From Deltaproteobacteria bacterium (GTDB lineage: Bacteria > Myxococcota_A > UBA9160 > PR03), in assembly GCA_035063765.1 (NCBI GenBank), contig JAPSFT010000011.1:64854-128853 (forward strand): a stretch of DNA of 64,000 nt, in the 5' to 3' direction. A program made the position numbers and the translations under genes. Below are positions 1 through 10,261 of the stretch, in pieces. The stretch's first letter is position 1; every line of letters starts with the position of its first letter. The notes beneath the pieces are model-generated. The model was not told where the DNA came from. It saw only the letters and a list, made by a program, of their open reading frames with translations, and made no database searches.

Positions 1-1
1 C

Positions 2-94
2 CTCACGCGCAAGATCGAGCGGGCGCTCCTCGACGACGGCAAGAGCGTCGCCGAGGTGCAGCGCATGCTCGAGACCGGGCAGCTCCAGCCTTGA
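2..94 (+). CDS. 3' end of an unidentified gene entering from the left edge (partial)
   Basis: Frame 2 is open from the window edge and reads ...LTRKIERALLDDGKSVAEVQRMLETGQLQP, ending with TGA at 92-94. The stop overlaps the TTG start of the next gene (TTGA). Thirty residues are too few to name a product. Confidence 0.3.
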   Translation, partial: LTRKIERALLDDGKSVAEVQRMLETGQLQP

Positions 95-564
95 GCACGG
101 GCGCCGCGCGCCTCGCGCGGCGCGCCGACCTGGCCGCGGTGGCGGCGCTCTGGGCGGCGCTCGTCGAGGAGCACGCGGCGCTCGATCCCGCCTTCGCGCT
201 GGAGGCCGGCGCAGAGGCCGGACTGCCGGCAGAGGCCGCGCGCATCCTCGAGGATCCCGCGGCCGCCCTGTGGGTCTGGGAGGGTGCGGAGGGCGTCGCC
301 GGCTTCTGTGCCGCCCAGCGCCGGCCCGCGCCGGCCGCGGCGCGCGAGCGGGCGCGGGTCGAGATCACCGAGCTGGCCGTGGCGCCGGCGGCGCGCCGGC
401 GGGGAGCGGGCCGCGCGCTCGTCGCCGCGGCACTGGCCTGGGCCGCCGCGGGCGGCGCGCGCCGGATCGAGGTGCGGGTGGCGGCGCGCAACCCCGCCGG
501 CCAGGCCTTCTGGCGCGCGCTCGGCTTCGCGGACTTCGTGGACGTGCTCGATCGCCGGCTGTAG
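91..564 (+). CDS. GNAT family N-acetyltransferase
   Basis: 157-aa ORF with a TTG start. The acetyl-CoA binding core ITELAVAPAARRRGAGRALVAAALAWAAAGGARRIEVRVAARNPAGQAFWRALGF carries the RRRGAG (R/QxxGxG/A) motif typical of GNAT enzymes. Confidence 0.8.
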   Translation: MSTGAARLARRADLAAVAALWAALVEEHAALDPAFALEAGAEAGLPAEAARILEDPAAALWVWEGAEGVAGFCAAQRRPAPAAARERARVEITELAVAPAARRRGAGRALVAAALAWAAAGGARRIEVRVAARNPAGQAFWRALGFADFVDVLDRRL

Positions 565-597
565 CTTGACCGGCTCCCGAGATCCAGGAGCCCCTCC

Positions 598-1935
598 GTG
601 GCGTTCAAGACCCTCCCCCTCGCCCAAGAGCTCAACGAGCGCCTCGCGCAGGCCGCCCCCGAGGTGCTCGCGATGCTCTCGCCGCTCGGGCGCCGGCTCT
701 ACTTCCCGAAGGGCATCCTCTCGCAGTCGGCGGAGGCGAAGCAGAAGGGCACGCGCTTCAACGCGACGATCGGGATCGCGACCGAGGGCGGGGCCCCGAT
801 GTACCTGCCCTCGATGCACCGCCACCTCGACGGGATCGCGCCGAACGACGCCTACAACTACGCGCCGCCGGCTGGCCGCCCGGCGCTGCGCGAGCGCTGG
901 CGCGAGAAGATCCTCGCCGAGAACCCGTCGCTCCGGGGCAAGGTCTGGGGCCTGCCGATCACGACCAGCGCCCTGACCCATGGCCTCGCGCTCGTCGGCG
1001 ACCTGTTCGTCGGCGAAGGCGATCGCGTGCTGCTCCCCGACCAGCTCTGGGGCAACTACCGGCTCACCTACGAGGTGCGGCTCGGGGCCGAGATCGTCAC
1101 CTATCCCTTCTACGCGGGCGGCGGCTTCGACGTGGCAGGGCTCACGCGCGCGCTCGAGGAGCAGGCGCGGGGTCGCGACAAGCTCGTCGTGCTCCTCAAC
1201 TTCCCGAACAACCCGACCGGCTACATGCCGACCCCCGCCGAAGGGCGCGCCATCGCCGACGCGCTGGCGGCGCAGGCGGCGCGCGGCACGAAGATCGTGG
1301 CGGTCACCGACGACGCCTACTTCGGGCTCTTCTACCACCTGGGCGCCGAGTCGATGACCGAGTCGCTCTTCGGCCTGCTGGTCGGGCGCCACCCGAACCT
1401 GCTGGCGGTGAAGCTCGACGGCGCCACCAAGGAGCTCTTCGTCTGGGGCCTGCGCTGCGGTTTCGTGAGCTTCGGCCCCGGCGATCCGGCGAGCGCCGAG
1501 CGGGTCTGCGAGGTGCTCGACACCAAGGCGCGTGGAGCGATCCGCGGCGCGCTCTCGAACAGCCCGATGCTCTCGCAGACGCTGGTCGAGAAGGCGCTCG
1601 AGACGGCGTCGATCGCCGACGAGCGCAAGGGGAAGGCGGAGCTCCTGCGTGCGCGCGCGGCGCGCGTCCACGAGGTGGTGCAGCGCCCGGCCTTCCGCGA
1701 GACCTTCGACCCCTACCCCTTCAACAGCGGCTACTTCATGTGCGTGAAGGTGAAGGGCGTCGACGCCGAGACGCTGCGGGTGCACCTGCTCGAGCGGCAC
1801 CAGACGGGCCTCGTCGCGACCAGCCCGACCGACATCCGGGTCGCCTTCTCCTGCCTCGAGCTCGACCAGATCGAGCCGCTCTTCGCGACCCTCGACCAGG
1901 CGATCCGGGAGCTGCAGGACCCGGGAAGCAGCTAG
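598..1935 (+). CDS. Class I/II PLP-dependent aminotransferase
   Basis: 445-aa ORF with a GTG start. It shows the fold hallmarks LLNFPNNPTGYMPT, VTDDAYFGLFY and DGATKELFVWGLRCGF (PLP-lysine region). Substrate specificity cannot be read from the sequence. Confidence 0.85.
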   Translation: MAFKTLPLAQELNERLAQAAPEVLAMLSPLGRRLYFPKGILSQSAEAKQKGTRFNATIGIATEGGAPMYLPSMHRHLDGIAPNDAYNYAPPAGRPALRERWREKILAENPSLRGKVWGLPITTSALTHGLALVGDLFVGEGDRVLLPDQLWGNYRLTYEVRLGAEIVTYPFYAGGGFDVAGLTRALEEQARGRDKLVVLLNFPNNPTGYMPTPAEGRAIADALAAQAARGTKIVAVTDDAYFGLFYHLGAESMTESLFGLLVGRHPNLLAVKLDGATKELFVWGLRCGFVSFGPGDPASAERVCEVLDTKARGAIRGALSNSPMLSQTLVEKALETASIADERKGKAELLRARAARVHEVVQRPAFRETFDPYPFNSGYFMCVKVKGVDAETLRVHLLERHQTGLVATSPTDIRVAFSCLELDQIEPLFATLDQAIRELQDPGSS

Positions 1936-3413
1936 GGCCTGCCGCCCAGCTCGGTGAGGATCCGCACGGTCGCGTCGATGCCGCGCTCGAGGTTCTCGAT
2001 CGAGACGCGTTCGTTGGGGCCGTGGATGCCGCGCGTTTCGCTGGGCGGCAGCCAGCGCGGGACGAAGCCGTAGGAGACGATCCCGAGCTCGCGGAACCAG
2101 TGCGCGTCGGTGAAGCCCGCGATCACCCGGGGCACCACCAGCGCGCTCGGGTCGATCTCGAGCGCGACGTGCTCGATCGCCCTGAACAGATCGGTGTCGG
2201 GAGGGGACGCCAGCGGCTCGAAGGCGAGCAGCGGCTGGAGCTGGATGCCGGGGTCGGCGATCTGCGCGGCGAGCTGGTCGAGGAAGGCGTGGCAGCTCTC
2301 GCCCGGGAGCAGCCGCACGTCGAGGTCCGCCCGCGCCTCCTCGGGCGCGACGTTGGTGTGCGAGCCGGCCTCGAGCACGGTGATGTTGACGGTGTTGCGC
2401 ACCAGCGCCGCGCGCGCGCCGTCGGTGAGGAAGCGCTGCCGGAAGGCCGGATCGTGGTGCAGCGCGTCCGCCAGGTCCGCGTAGCCGGCCCGGTCCTCGG
2501 GTGGCGCCATCGGCGCGAGCGCGGCGAACATGTCCGCCACGGTCGGCACCACCCGCAACGGCGCCGGCATCCGGCGCACCCGCTCGAGCGCCGCGACCAG
2601 GCGCGGGACCGCGCCGCTCGGGCCGGCCGTCGAGGCGTGCCCCGGCGTACCTCGGGCGACGAGTCGCACCCAGCAGGGCCCCTTCTCGGCGATCCCGACG
2701 CCCCACACGTTCGGCTCGCCGCCCTCCCCGACCAGGATCCCGCCCCCTTCGGTGAGCAGGTACTCGGCGTCACCCAGCAGGTCGCGATGGCTGCGGACCA
2801 GCCAGCCGGCACCGTCGCGGCCGCCCGCCTCCTCGTCCGGCGTCGCGAGCAGGATCACGTCGCGCCCGAGCGTCACCCCGCGGCGGCGCAGCTCGAGCAT
2901 CGCGAGCAGGTGCACGACCGCGACGCCCTTCGCGTCGAGTGCCCCGCGGCCCACCACGTAGCCGCCGGCCACGAGCCCCGAGAACGGGCCGACCGCCCAG
3001 CCCTCGCCGTCGGCGGGAACGACGTCGAGATGGGAGAGCAGGATCACGGGCCGCCGCTTGCCGCTGCCGGGAAGCCGTGCCCACGCAGCGGCGCGGCTGC
3101 GGCCGGCGTCCTCACCCGGTGTCGGCAGGAGGCGGGCCTCGAGCCCACCCCGCGAAGCCACCTTCACGAGCAGCTCCGCGAGCGGCCGCTCGTTCCCGGG
3201 CGGGTTCACGGTGTCGAGCTGGATCGCGCGGGAGAGCAGGGCGGCGGCGGCGCTCCCGAGGTCACCCCCGGAATCCGGGTCGTCGCGGCCGAAGGGCCAG
3301 ATGGCATGCGCGGGGGTTGCGAGGGCGATCACCCCCAGCAACAAGAGCGAACGAGCGATCTGGTCGATGCCGGGGCGGTGAATTCGGGTTCTCCGGAAGA
3401 TCGCGCGCAGCAC
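1932..3413 (-). CDS. M20/M25/M40 family metallopeptidase (secreted?)
   Basis: 493-aa ORF with M20 metal-ligand and catalytic motifs LLSHLDVVPADGEGW and GRGALDAKG. The N-terminal hydrophobic segment LLLLGVIALATPAHA looks like a signal peptide. The gene is convergent with the aminotransferase and overlaps it by 4 nt. Confidence 0.85.
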   Translation of the reverse strand: MLRAIFRRTRIHRPGIDQIARSLLLLGVIALATPAHAIWPFGRDDPDSGGDLGSAAAALLSRAIQLDTVNPPGNERPLAELLVKVASRGGLEARLLPTPGEDAGRSRAAAWARLPGSGKRRPVILLSHLDVVPADGEGWAVGPFSGLVAGGYVVGRGALDAKGVAVVHLLAMLELRRRGVTLGRDVILLATPDEEAGGRDGAGWLVRSHRDLLGDAEYLLTEGGGILVGEGGEPNVWGVGIAEKGPCWVRLVARGTPGHASTAGPSGAVPRLVAALERVRRMPAPLRVVPTVADMFAALAPMAPPEDRAGYADLADALHHDPAFRQRFLTDGARAALVRNTVNITVLEAGSHTNVAPEEARADLDVRLLPGESCHAFLDQLAAQIADPGIQLQPLLAFEPLASPPDTDLFRAIEHVALEIDPSALVVPRVIAGFTDAHWFRELGIVSYGFVPRWLPPSETRGIHGPNERVSIENLERGIDATVRILTELGGRP

Positions 3414-3506
3414 GCGCGCGTATGACGCCCTGTCACTTACAGTACGACGCCGTCCCGACCGATCGGCTAACAGTAGCGCCCACGTTCACGGGCCAGGAGG
3501 GGCTGT

Positions 3507-5069
3507 TTGGACGTCTGGTCGGACGACGTCCTGAAGGAAGTGTTGCGGGAGACGCAGCGGCAGCGGTCCCAGCGCCGCACGCGACGTCTCTCGGCGGCCG
3601 GCGTGGCGCTGGCCGCCGGCGCCGCACTCGCCTGGCTTGCCGCCGGATCCCTGGCGCGGACGCCGCCCGCCGCCCCGGTGGCGCCGCCGGCTCCGGTCAG
3701 CGCGATGCCGCCGGCCGCCGCGGCTCCGATCGTACTACCGCCCGTCGTCGACCTGCTGGCCACGACCGGCGCGCCCCCTCCGCTCGTCGCCTTCGCCACG
3801 GCACGGGCCGAGCTCGAGGCATCGCTCGGCGCCCTCGCGACCCCGGCGCCGCCGGCGCTGGCTCCCGCCCCGCACGACCCCGCTGCCCGCGCGCTCGCCG
3901 CCACCAGCGGACTCGGCGAGGTGGCCGCTCCGCCCGTGCCGAGCCCCGTCGTCGAGGACCGCCTGGAGGCAGGCGACACCCTGGTCGAGGCCCTGTCGCG
4001 CCACGGTGTGGCGGCCTCGACCGCGGCGGTGATCGTGCGCGAGCTGAAGCCCCACTTCGACTTCCGCCGTGCCCGCCCGGGCCACCGCTACCGGCTCGAG
4101 CGCGCCGAGGGCGGCGCGTTGCTCTCGTTCCGCTACGACGTCTCCGCGCACGAGCACTACGAGCTGGTGGCGCGCACCGGCGGCGGCTTCGAGGCGCGCG
4201 GCGCCAAGCGCGGCATGGTGCGCCAGCAGGCGCGCCTCGCCGGCATCGTGGCCACCACCCTGCACGACGCGATCGGGGATCTCGGCGAGCGCGCGGAGCT
4301 GGCGGCGCGCTTCGCCGGCATCTTCGCCTGGGAGGTGGACTTCGCGAAGGGCACCCGGCCCGGCGACGAGTTCCAGCTCCTCTACGAGCGCAACTACGTG
4401 GCTCGCGAGGGCGGCGAGGGAGGGCTGCGCTACGTCGGTCCGGGGCGGATCCTGGCCGCGCGCTACACGAGCGGCGGGCGTACCCACGAGGCGATCTACT
4501 ACGAGACGGCTCCGGGTGTCGGCAGCTACTACCGGGCCGACGGGGGCTCCGTGAAGGAGGCCTTCCTGGCGGCGCCGGTCAAGTACACGCGCATCACCTC
4601 CGCCTTCACGCAGGCCCGCTTCCACCCGATCCTCCGCCGCACCCGGCCCCATCCCGGGATCGACTACGCCGCCCCCGCCGGCACCCCGGTCTGGGCCGTC
4701 GCCAGCGGCCGGGTGACGCACGTCGGCTGGCTCGGCGGCTATGGCCGGCTCGTGAAGATCCAGCACGCCGACGGCTACGAGTCCTATTACGCCCACCTCT
4801 CGCGCTTCGCCAGCGGGCTGCGCGTCGGGCAGATGGTCCAGCAGAAGCAGGTGATCGGGAACGTCGGCTCGAGCGGGCTCTCGACCGGCCCGCACGTGTG
4901 CTTCCGCATCACCCGCGACGGCCAGTTCGTGAACCCGGCCTCGACCCGGATCCCCACCGGCGACCGCATCGCGGCACGCCAGCGCCAGGACTTCGAGACG
5001 GTCCGTGACGCGCGCCTGGCCCAGCTCGGGCCGGCGCAGCGCCTGGTCGCCACCGACGAGGCGCTCTGA
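3507..5069 (+). CDS. M23 (LytM) family peptidoglycan metalloendopeptidase
   Basis: 520-aa ORF with a TTG start. The C-terminal M23 motifs are HPGIDYAAPAGTPVWAVASGRV, GYESYYAHLS and GSSGLSTGPHVCFRI. An Ala/Pro-rich linker follows an N-terminal hydrophobic segment. Confidence 0.85.
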   Translation: MDVWSDDVLKEVLRETQRQRSQRRTRRLSAAGVALAAGAALAWLAAGSLARTPPAAPVAPPAPVSAMPPAAAAPIVLPPVVDLLATTGAPPPLVAFATARAELEASLGALATPAPPALAPAPHDPAARALAATSGLGEVAAPPVPSPVVEDRLEAGDTLVEALSRHGVAASTAAVIVRELKPHFDFRRARPGHRYRLERAEGGALLSFRYDVSAHEHYELVARTGGGFEARGAKRGMVRQQARLAGIVATTLHDAIGDLGERAELAARFAGIFAWEVDFAKGTRPGDEFQLLYERNYVAREGGEGGLRYVGPGRILAARYTSGGRTHEAIYYETAPGVGSYYRADGGSVKEAFLAAPVKYTRITSAFTQARFHPILRRTRPHPGIDYAAPAGTPVWAVASGRVTHVGWLGGYGRLVKIQHADGYESYYAHLSRFASGLRVGQMVQQKQVIGNVGSSGLSTGPHVCFRITRDGQFVNPASTRIPTGDRIAARQRQDFETVRDARLAQLGPAQRLVATDEAL

Positions 5070-5278
5070 GCCGCCGCACCGCCCGGGGTGCCGCCCGCCC
5101 GCGTCCTCTACCGGCTGCTCGGCTCGTGTGCCACGCTTCGCGCCATGCGCGACGCCCCCCGCGCGGCGGCCCGACCCGAGCCGGCCGCCTCGCTGCCCGA
5201 GCCCCTGCGCACACGCCTCGCCCCGGCCGGGCCTGCGCCCGGCGGGCGGGGGTGGCTGCCCGAGGAGGCCGACACCCC

Positions 5279-6640
5279 GTGACGCTCGATCGCGAGGCCT
5301 CGGCCGAGCTCGAGCGCCCGATCGGGTCGCTCGACGACCTGGTCGCGTACTTCCGCAGCGGCGAGAAGCCGCGCGCGCGCTGGCGGCTCGGCGTCGAGCA
5401 CGAGAAGCTCGGCGTGCGCCTGCCGGGGGTCCAGCCGGTGCCCTACGACGGCCCGGGCGGGGTCGAGGACCTGCTGCGCCGGATCGCACGCGAGCCGTCC
5501 GAGCCCGCCTGGCGCGTGATCGAGGAGGACGGCCACGCGATGGGCCTCGACGGGCCCGGCAGCGTGTCGCTCGAGCCCGGCGCACAGCTCGAGCAGAACG
5601 GCCGCCCGCTCCATGCGATGGCCGAGGTCTGCGCGGAGTTCCAGGAGCACCTGGCCTTCCTGCGCCGCGTCTCGGAGCCGCTCGGGATCGCCTGGCTCGG
5701 GCTCGGCTGCCATCCCTTCCACAAGCTCGGCGAGCTCACCCGCGTGCCCCGCGAGCGCTATCGCATCATGCGCCAGTACCTGCCCGCGCGCGGCCGGCTG
5801 GCCCTCGACATGATGCACGCCACCGCCTCGGTGCAGGCGAGCTACGACTGGAGCGACGAGGCCGACCTGGTCGCGAAGCTGCGCACGGCGCTCGCCGTGA
5901 CGCCGATCGCCTCGGCGCTGTTCGCGAACTCGAGCCTGTGGGAGGGGCGCCCGGCCGGCTTCGTCTCGCGCCGGATGGCGATCTGGCGCGACACCGACCC
6001 GGATCGATGTGGCCTCCTGCCGGTCGCCTTCGAGCCGGACTTCGGCTACCGCCGCTACGCCGAGTGGGCCCTCGACGTACCGATGTTCTTCCTCGTGCGC
6101 GAGGGCGTCTATCACGCGCTGGGTGGCATGAGCTTCCGGCGTTTCTGGCGCGAGGGCTTCGAGGGCGAGCGCGCCACGCTCGCCGACTGGGATCGCCACC
6201 TGACGACGCTCTTCCCCGAAGTGCGGATCAAGCGCATCCTCGAGATCCGCAACGCCGACGCGGTGCCCCCCGACCTGCTCTGCGCGATGCCAGCCCTCTG
6301 GAAGGGGCTGCTCTACGACGACGAGGCGCGCGCCGCGGCTGGCGCACTGGCGCCCTGGAGCCCGGTGGAGCGTGACGACGTACACCTCGATGTGGCGAAG
6401 CACGGCCTCGGGGCCCGGGCGCCCCGCGGTCCCCTGCTGCCGCTGGCGCGCGAGCTGGTCGCGATCGCGCGCGAGGGGCTGCGCCGGCAGGCGCCGCCGG
6501 GCATCGACGAGACGGGCTACCTGGAGCCGCTCGAGGCGGTGGTTGCGCGGGGAACCAGCCCCGGCGAGGAGGTGCTCCGGTGCTGGCAGGGCGCCTGGGG
6601 CGGCCTGCCAATGCGCTTGATCGAGCACGCACGCTACTGA
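5279..6640 (+). CDS. gshA: Glutamate-cysteine ligase, plant/proteobacterial GCS2 type
   Basis: The ORF track frame is 5126..6640. I start it at GTG 5279 (VTLDREASAELERPIGSLDDLVAYF...), because the upstream part is Arg/Pro-rich junk. Conserved blocks are WRLGVEHEKLGV, MMHATASVQASYD and LTTLFPEVRIKRILEIRNADA (compare the plant GCL LEMRGAD block). Confidence 0.8.
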   Translation: MTLDREASAELERPIGSLDDLVAYFRSGEKPRARWRLGVEHEKLGVRLPGVQPVPYDGPGGVEDLLRRIAREPSEPAWRVIEEDGHAMGLDGPGSVSLEPGAQLEQNGRPLHAMAEVCAEFQEHLAFLRRVSEPLGIAWLGLGCHPFHKLGELTRVPRERYRIMRQYLPARGRLALDMMHATASVQASYDWSDEADLVAKLRTALAVTPIASALFANSSLWEGRPAGFVSRRMAIWRDTDPDRCGLLPVAFEPDFGYRRYAEWALDVPMFFLVREGVYHALGGMSFRRFWREGFEGERATLADWDRHLTTLFPEVRIKRILEIRNADAVPPDLLCAMPALWKGLLYDDEARAAAGALAPWSPVERDDVHLDVAKHGLGARAPRGPLLPLARELVAIAREGLRRQAPPGIDETGYLEPLEAVVARGTSPGEEVLRCWQGAWGGLPMRLIEHARY

Positions 6641-6671
6641 TAGAGTCCCCTGCCACGCGGCGGAGGCCCCG

Positions 6672-7220
6672 ATGTCGCAGCACTTCAAGATCTCGTTCAG
6701 CCTCGACGAGGGCGACATCGCCTACTTCCGGAAGCTGTTCCGGAACGCCCGCAAGCAGGTGAGCGACCAGGACGCCGCCCAGGTGCTGGCGGCGGTCCAG
6801 CACCTGGTCGACCGGGTCCGCCAGGCGAAGAAGACGCCGAGCTTCGTGCAGGAGGCGGTGGCGGTCCTCGAAGACCTGAAGCAGATGCTCGAGGACCCCG
6901 ACTACGAGCTGCCCAAGGCGCCCCGCACCGAGGTGCTGGCGGCACTCTCGTACTTCGCGAATCCGGAGGACCTGATCCCGGACCAGGTCCCGGGCCTGGG
7001 CTTCCTCGACGACGCGATCATGATGAAGATGCTCGAGAGCGAGTTCCGCCACGAGCTGTGGGGCTACCGGCAGTTCCGCCGCTTCCGCACCGGTGCCGAG
7101 CAGCGCCCCTGGACCACGGTGGCACGCCAGCGCCTCCCGCAGCGCCTCGCCGACTACCGGCGCAAGATCCGGAGCGAGGTGGACCGCAAGAAGAAGGAGC
7201 GCCCCTTCTCCTGGTGGTAG
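6672..7220 (+). CDS. DUF1232 (YkvA-like) domain protein
   Basis: 182-aa ORF containing ALSYFANPEDLIPDQVPGLGFLDDAIMMKMLE. This matches the DUF1232 signature (P.DLIPD.IP..G.LDD). Confidence 0.7.
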   Translation: MSQHFKISFSLDEGDIAYFRKLFRNARKQVSDQDAAQVLAAVQHLVDRVRQAKKTPSFVQEAVAVLEDLKQMLEDPDYELPKAPRTEVLAALSYFANPEDLIPDQVPGLGFLDDAIMMKMLESEFRHELWGYRQFRRFRTGAEQRPWTTVARQRLPQRLADYRRKIRSEVDRKKKERPFSWW

Positions 7221-7242
7221 ACTCCCCGCGAGCCCACCGCCC

Positions 7243-8409
7243 ATGACGACGCCCGCGCGCGCACGCATCCTGATCGTGGACGACGAGGAGGCCATCCTCG
7301 AGACGATGGCCTACACCTTCGAGGACGAGTACGACGTCCTGACGGCGACGAGCGCCCGCCAGGCGCTCGAGATCCTCGACGAGGGTCCGGCGATCGCCGC
7401 CGTCGTCACCGACCAGCGCATGCCCGAGATGACCGGCGTCGAGTTCCTGGCCCGGGTCTGCGAGCGACACCCGAACACGACGCGCATCATCCTGACCGGC
7501 TACGCCGACGGCGAGGCGATGGTGCGCGCGATCAACGAGGGCCACGTCTACGCCTACGTCACCAAGCCCTGGGAGCCCGAGGAGCTGAAGCAGCTCGTGC
7601 ACCGGGCGGTCGAGGTGCACCGGCTCCGCGTCCAGAACGACACCCTGGTCGAGGACCTGCGCCGGGCCAACGCCTTCCTGGCGGCGGCGATCGACGAGAT
7701 CCCGATCGGCGCGCTGGTGATCGACGCCACCGGCGTGGTGCGCGCGTCGAACCGGCCGGGTCGCGAGTACCTGGGCCTGCACGGCGATCCGAGCGGCCAG
7801 CCGCTCGAGCAGGTGCTCGGCGCCGAGGCGCTGCGCGAGGTGCGCGAGGCGTCCCGGCGGCTCGGGATCGGATGCGAGCGCGGCAGCGAGGCGCAGACCG
7901 ACTACGAGGAGCTCGACGTCGTCACGACGGGCGTGTCGCTCCGGCTGCGTGTCGCCCTGCGCACGCTCTCGGACGCGGCGCGCCGCACGCTCGGGCGCGT
8001 GATCCTGATGCGCGAGATCTCGCACGAACCGCTGCGCCGGCGCTTCGAGGAGATCCTGCACGAGATCCAGTCGGCCGGCGACGGCCTGCGCCCGCGCCTC
8101 GACCAGGCGCTCCAGGAGCTCGGCGAGTTCGCGGGCAAGGTCCAGCACAGCGGGGTCGCCTCGCCGGGCATGGCGGAGCTCGCCGAGCGCATCTCGCGCA
8201 CGCGGACGGCGATCGAGAACTGGCTGGCCGTGGACGACGCGTTGCTCCGCGAGGGCTATCCCGACGCCCGCCTGCTGGTCGAGCGCATGCGCGTGGCGGG
8301 CTCGCGCTGGCCGCTGCCCGAAGAGGTGCCGGAGCGGGTACGCCGGCTCGCGGAGCGCGTCGAGGCCTACTACGCGAGCGGCGAGAACCCTGGCCAGCCC
8401 GTCCTCTGA
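7243..8409 (+). CDS. Response regulator (receiver domain plus PAS-like/helical C-terminal region)
   Basis: In frame 7093..8409 I start at ATG 7243 (MTTPARARILIVDDEEAILE...). Receiver motifs are ILIVDDEE, VVTDQRMPEMTG and YAYVTKPW. The C-terminal ~250 aa has no recognisable enzymatic output domain. Confidence 0.8.
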   Translation: MTTPARARILIVDDEEAILETMAYTFEDEYDVLTATSARQALEILDEGPAIAAVVTDQRMPEMTGVEFLARVCERHPNTTRIILTGYADGEAMVRAINEGHVYAYVTKPWEPEELKQLVHRAVEVHRLRVQNDTLVEDLRRANAFLAAAIDEIPIGALVIDATGVVRASNRPGREYLGLHGDPSGQPLEQVLGAEALREVREASRRLGIGCERGSEAQTDYEELDVVTTGVSLRLRVALRTLSDAARRTLGRVILMREISHEPLRRRFEEILHEIQSAGDGLRPRLDQALQELGEFAGKVQHSGVASPGMAELAERISRTRTAIENWLAVDDALLREGYPDARLLVERMRVAGSRWPLPEEVPERVRRLAERVEAYYASGENPGQPVL

Positions 8410-8464
8410 GCGCGTCGCCGGCGCCGCGCCGGCGGCGCCGCGGGCCGACCCGGCGGCGGGCGGC

Positions 8465-10153
8465 GTGCCGGCGCTCGAGGTCGTGATCGAGCGCGTGGGC
8501 CTGGGCGTGCGCCTGCGCTGGGCCTTCCATGCCCGCGAGGTGCGCTTCGAGCGCGTCCGCGAAGGCAGCGCGCCGGCGGAGCTCTTCCCCGAGACCTTCT
8601 CGTTCCACCTCGACCGCCACGATCCCTTCGAGCTGCACCTCCAGGTCGAGGACCTGTGGGCGGACCCGCGACGGCTCGGCGAAGGAGCGACCCGGCGCGA
8701 GGTGCAGGAGGCCGTGCGCCGGCTGCTGGCCGCGCTGCCCGGCTACCTCGAGCGCGTGCTCGACCACCTCGTCGCGAGCGGCCGCCTCGCCGGTGCCGCC
8801 AGCACGCGCATCCACGGCGACCTGGTGGTGCTGGCCCGCGAGGTGGCGCGCTTCCTCGCCGAGAAGGAGCTCGCGAGCCAGCCCGACCTGCGCCTCGCGA
8901 CCCTGCACCTGCGCAAGCTCGCCTGGCGCGGGCTCGCGGCGCTGGTGCGCGAGCGGGTCGCGCCCGCGTCGGTCGAGGCCTGGCTCGCGGCGCGGCCCGC
9001 CGGTGCGCGCGGAGCCGTCCCGGGCGTCGCTGGGGCCCCCTGGAGCGCCGGGCCGGCGCCGGCCGCCGAAGCCTCCTCGCGCGCGTTGCTCCAAGCGCTC
9101 GCCGCCGAGCCCGACCCGCGTGCCGACGAGCTCCTGCTGGAGCTCGCCGCCCGCGCCTTCCACGACTGGCTCGAGGACACCTGCCTCGACGAGTCCAACG
9201 AGGCCTTCGAGGGGGAGGACTCGCCCTTCGCGACGCGCGAGGTCGAGGTGCTGGCGGCGGCCGTCGTCGAGCCTGCGGGCCGCCTGCGCCGGACCGCGCA
9301 CCTGTCCCCGTTCCTGCGCCGGATGGGCTCGCGCGACTGCCTGCGCCTCCTCGGCAAGCTCGAGGTCTGGTTCCTGCGCCAGTACGACGTGCCGCGCGCC
9401 GCCGCCGTGATCCGGCACGCCGAGAACCTCTCACGCGGCAAAGGCCATTTCGGCGGCGTGCTCTCGTGGCACTCGACCGCGGCGTACTGCGCCGCGATCG
9501 CGCTGCTCGTGTGGCCCTTCGCCGGCGCCGCCTTCGCCTACCGGCGCGCACCGCTCCTCTTCGACGCGGTGGCGAGCTTCCAGATGCTGGCCGTGCTCGG
9601 AGTCGTCGTCTGGTACCTGCTCTGGCGCTTCGTCGTGCAGAAGGACCTGTCGTTCTTCCACGGTGCGGTGCCACGCATCGGTGCCGGCATCATCGTCGGC
9701 TACATGCCGGTGTTCCTGATCGACGAGGTCTGGGACCTGTCGCGGCGGCCCTGGTTCCCCCTTGGGGTCACGGTCACGCTCCTCGGCTTCATGACGCTCC
9801 TCTACCTCTACGTCGAGGTGCGCCGGCGGATCCCGGATCCGGGCGAGGCCTTCTCGCGCGCCCGCCGGATCTGGCTGCTCGGGATCCTGCAGGCCCTCGC
9901 GCTCGGCGTCGTGATCACCACGCTCCTCGGCGGCTTCATGGTCTCGCGCACCTGGGGTCCCGAGCCGGGGCTCGGGATGGAGGCGCTGCGCGCGGTGGTG
10001 CCGCCCGTCCTCGGGGATCTGCCGCGGATCATGGGGATCGCGCCGATCTACGCCTTCCCGACCGCGATCCTGCTGATGACCTTCCTGTCGCTCTTCATCG
10101 GCACCTTCCTCCAGCTCCTCTGGGAGGACCTGCCGATCACGGAGCCGCTCTAG
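8465..10153 (+). CDS. Hypothetical protein with multi-pass membrane C-terminal half
   Basis: 562-aa ORF with a GTG start. The N-terminal ~330 aa look soluble. The C-terminal region has several clear hydrophobic helices (AAIALLVWPFAGAAF, MLAVLGVVVWYLLWRFVV, GAGIIVGYMPVFLI, VTVTLLGFMTLLYLYV, LLGILQALALGVVITTLLGGF, ILLMTFLSLFIGTFLQLL). I do not recognise a family. Confidence 0.55.
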   Translation: MPALEVVIERVGLGVRLRWAFHAREVRFERVREGSAPAELFPETFSFHLDRHDPFELHLQVEDLWADPRRLGEGATRREVQEAVRRLLAALPGYLERVLDHLVASGRLAGAASTRIHGDLVVLAREVARFLAEKELASQPDLRLATLHLRKLAWRGLAALVRERVAPASVEAWLAARPAGARGAVPGVAGAPWSAGPAPAAEASSRALLQALAAEPDPRADELLLELAARAFHDWLEDTCLDESNEAFEGEDSPFATREVEVLAAAVVEPAGRLRRTAHLSPFLRRMGSRDCLRLLGKLEVWFLRQYDVPRAAAVIRHAENLSRGKGHFGGVLSWHSTAAYCAAIALLVWPFAGAAFAYRRAPLLFDAVASFQMLAVLGVVVWYLLWRFVVQKDLSFFHGAVPRIGAGIIVGYMPVFLIDEVWDLSRRPWFPLGVTVTLLGFMTLLYLYVEVRRRIPDPGEAFSRARRIWLLGILQALALGVVITTLLGGFMVSRTWGPEPGLGMEALRAVVPPVLGDLPRIMGIAPIYAFPTAILLMTFLSLFIGTFLQLLWEDLPITEPL

Positions 10154-10261
10154 GCGGGCGCTCGAATCCCGCCCGGGCGCCGGCGTCCACCCGAAGCGGG
10201 TCGCCCGGGCCCCCCTGGGCCGTTACCCTCGCCCCTTCGTCGCCGGCGCCCTGGAGGTCCG

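Noticed and set aside
5005-6718. Alternative long ORFs overlapping gshA (5005-6375 +, 5108-6718 -)
   Set aside because: The frame 5126/5279-6640 carries the glutamate-cysteine ligase motifs. The alternatives are low-complexity R/A/P translations.
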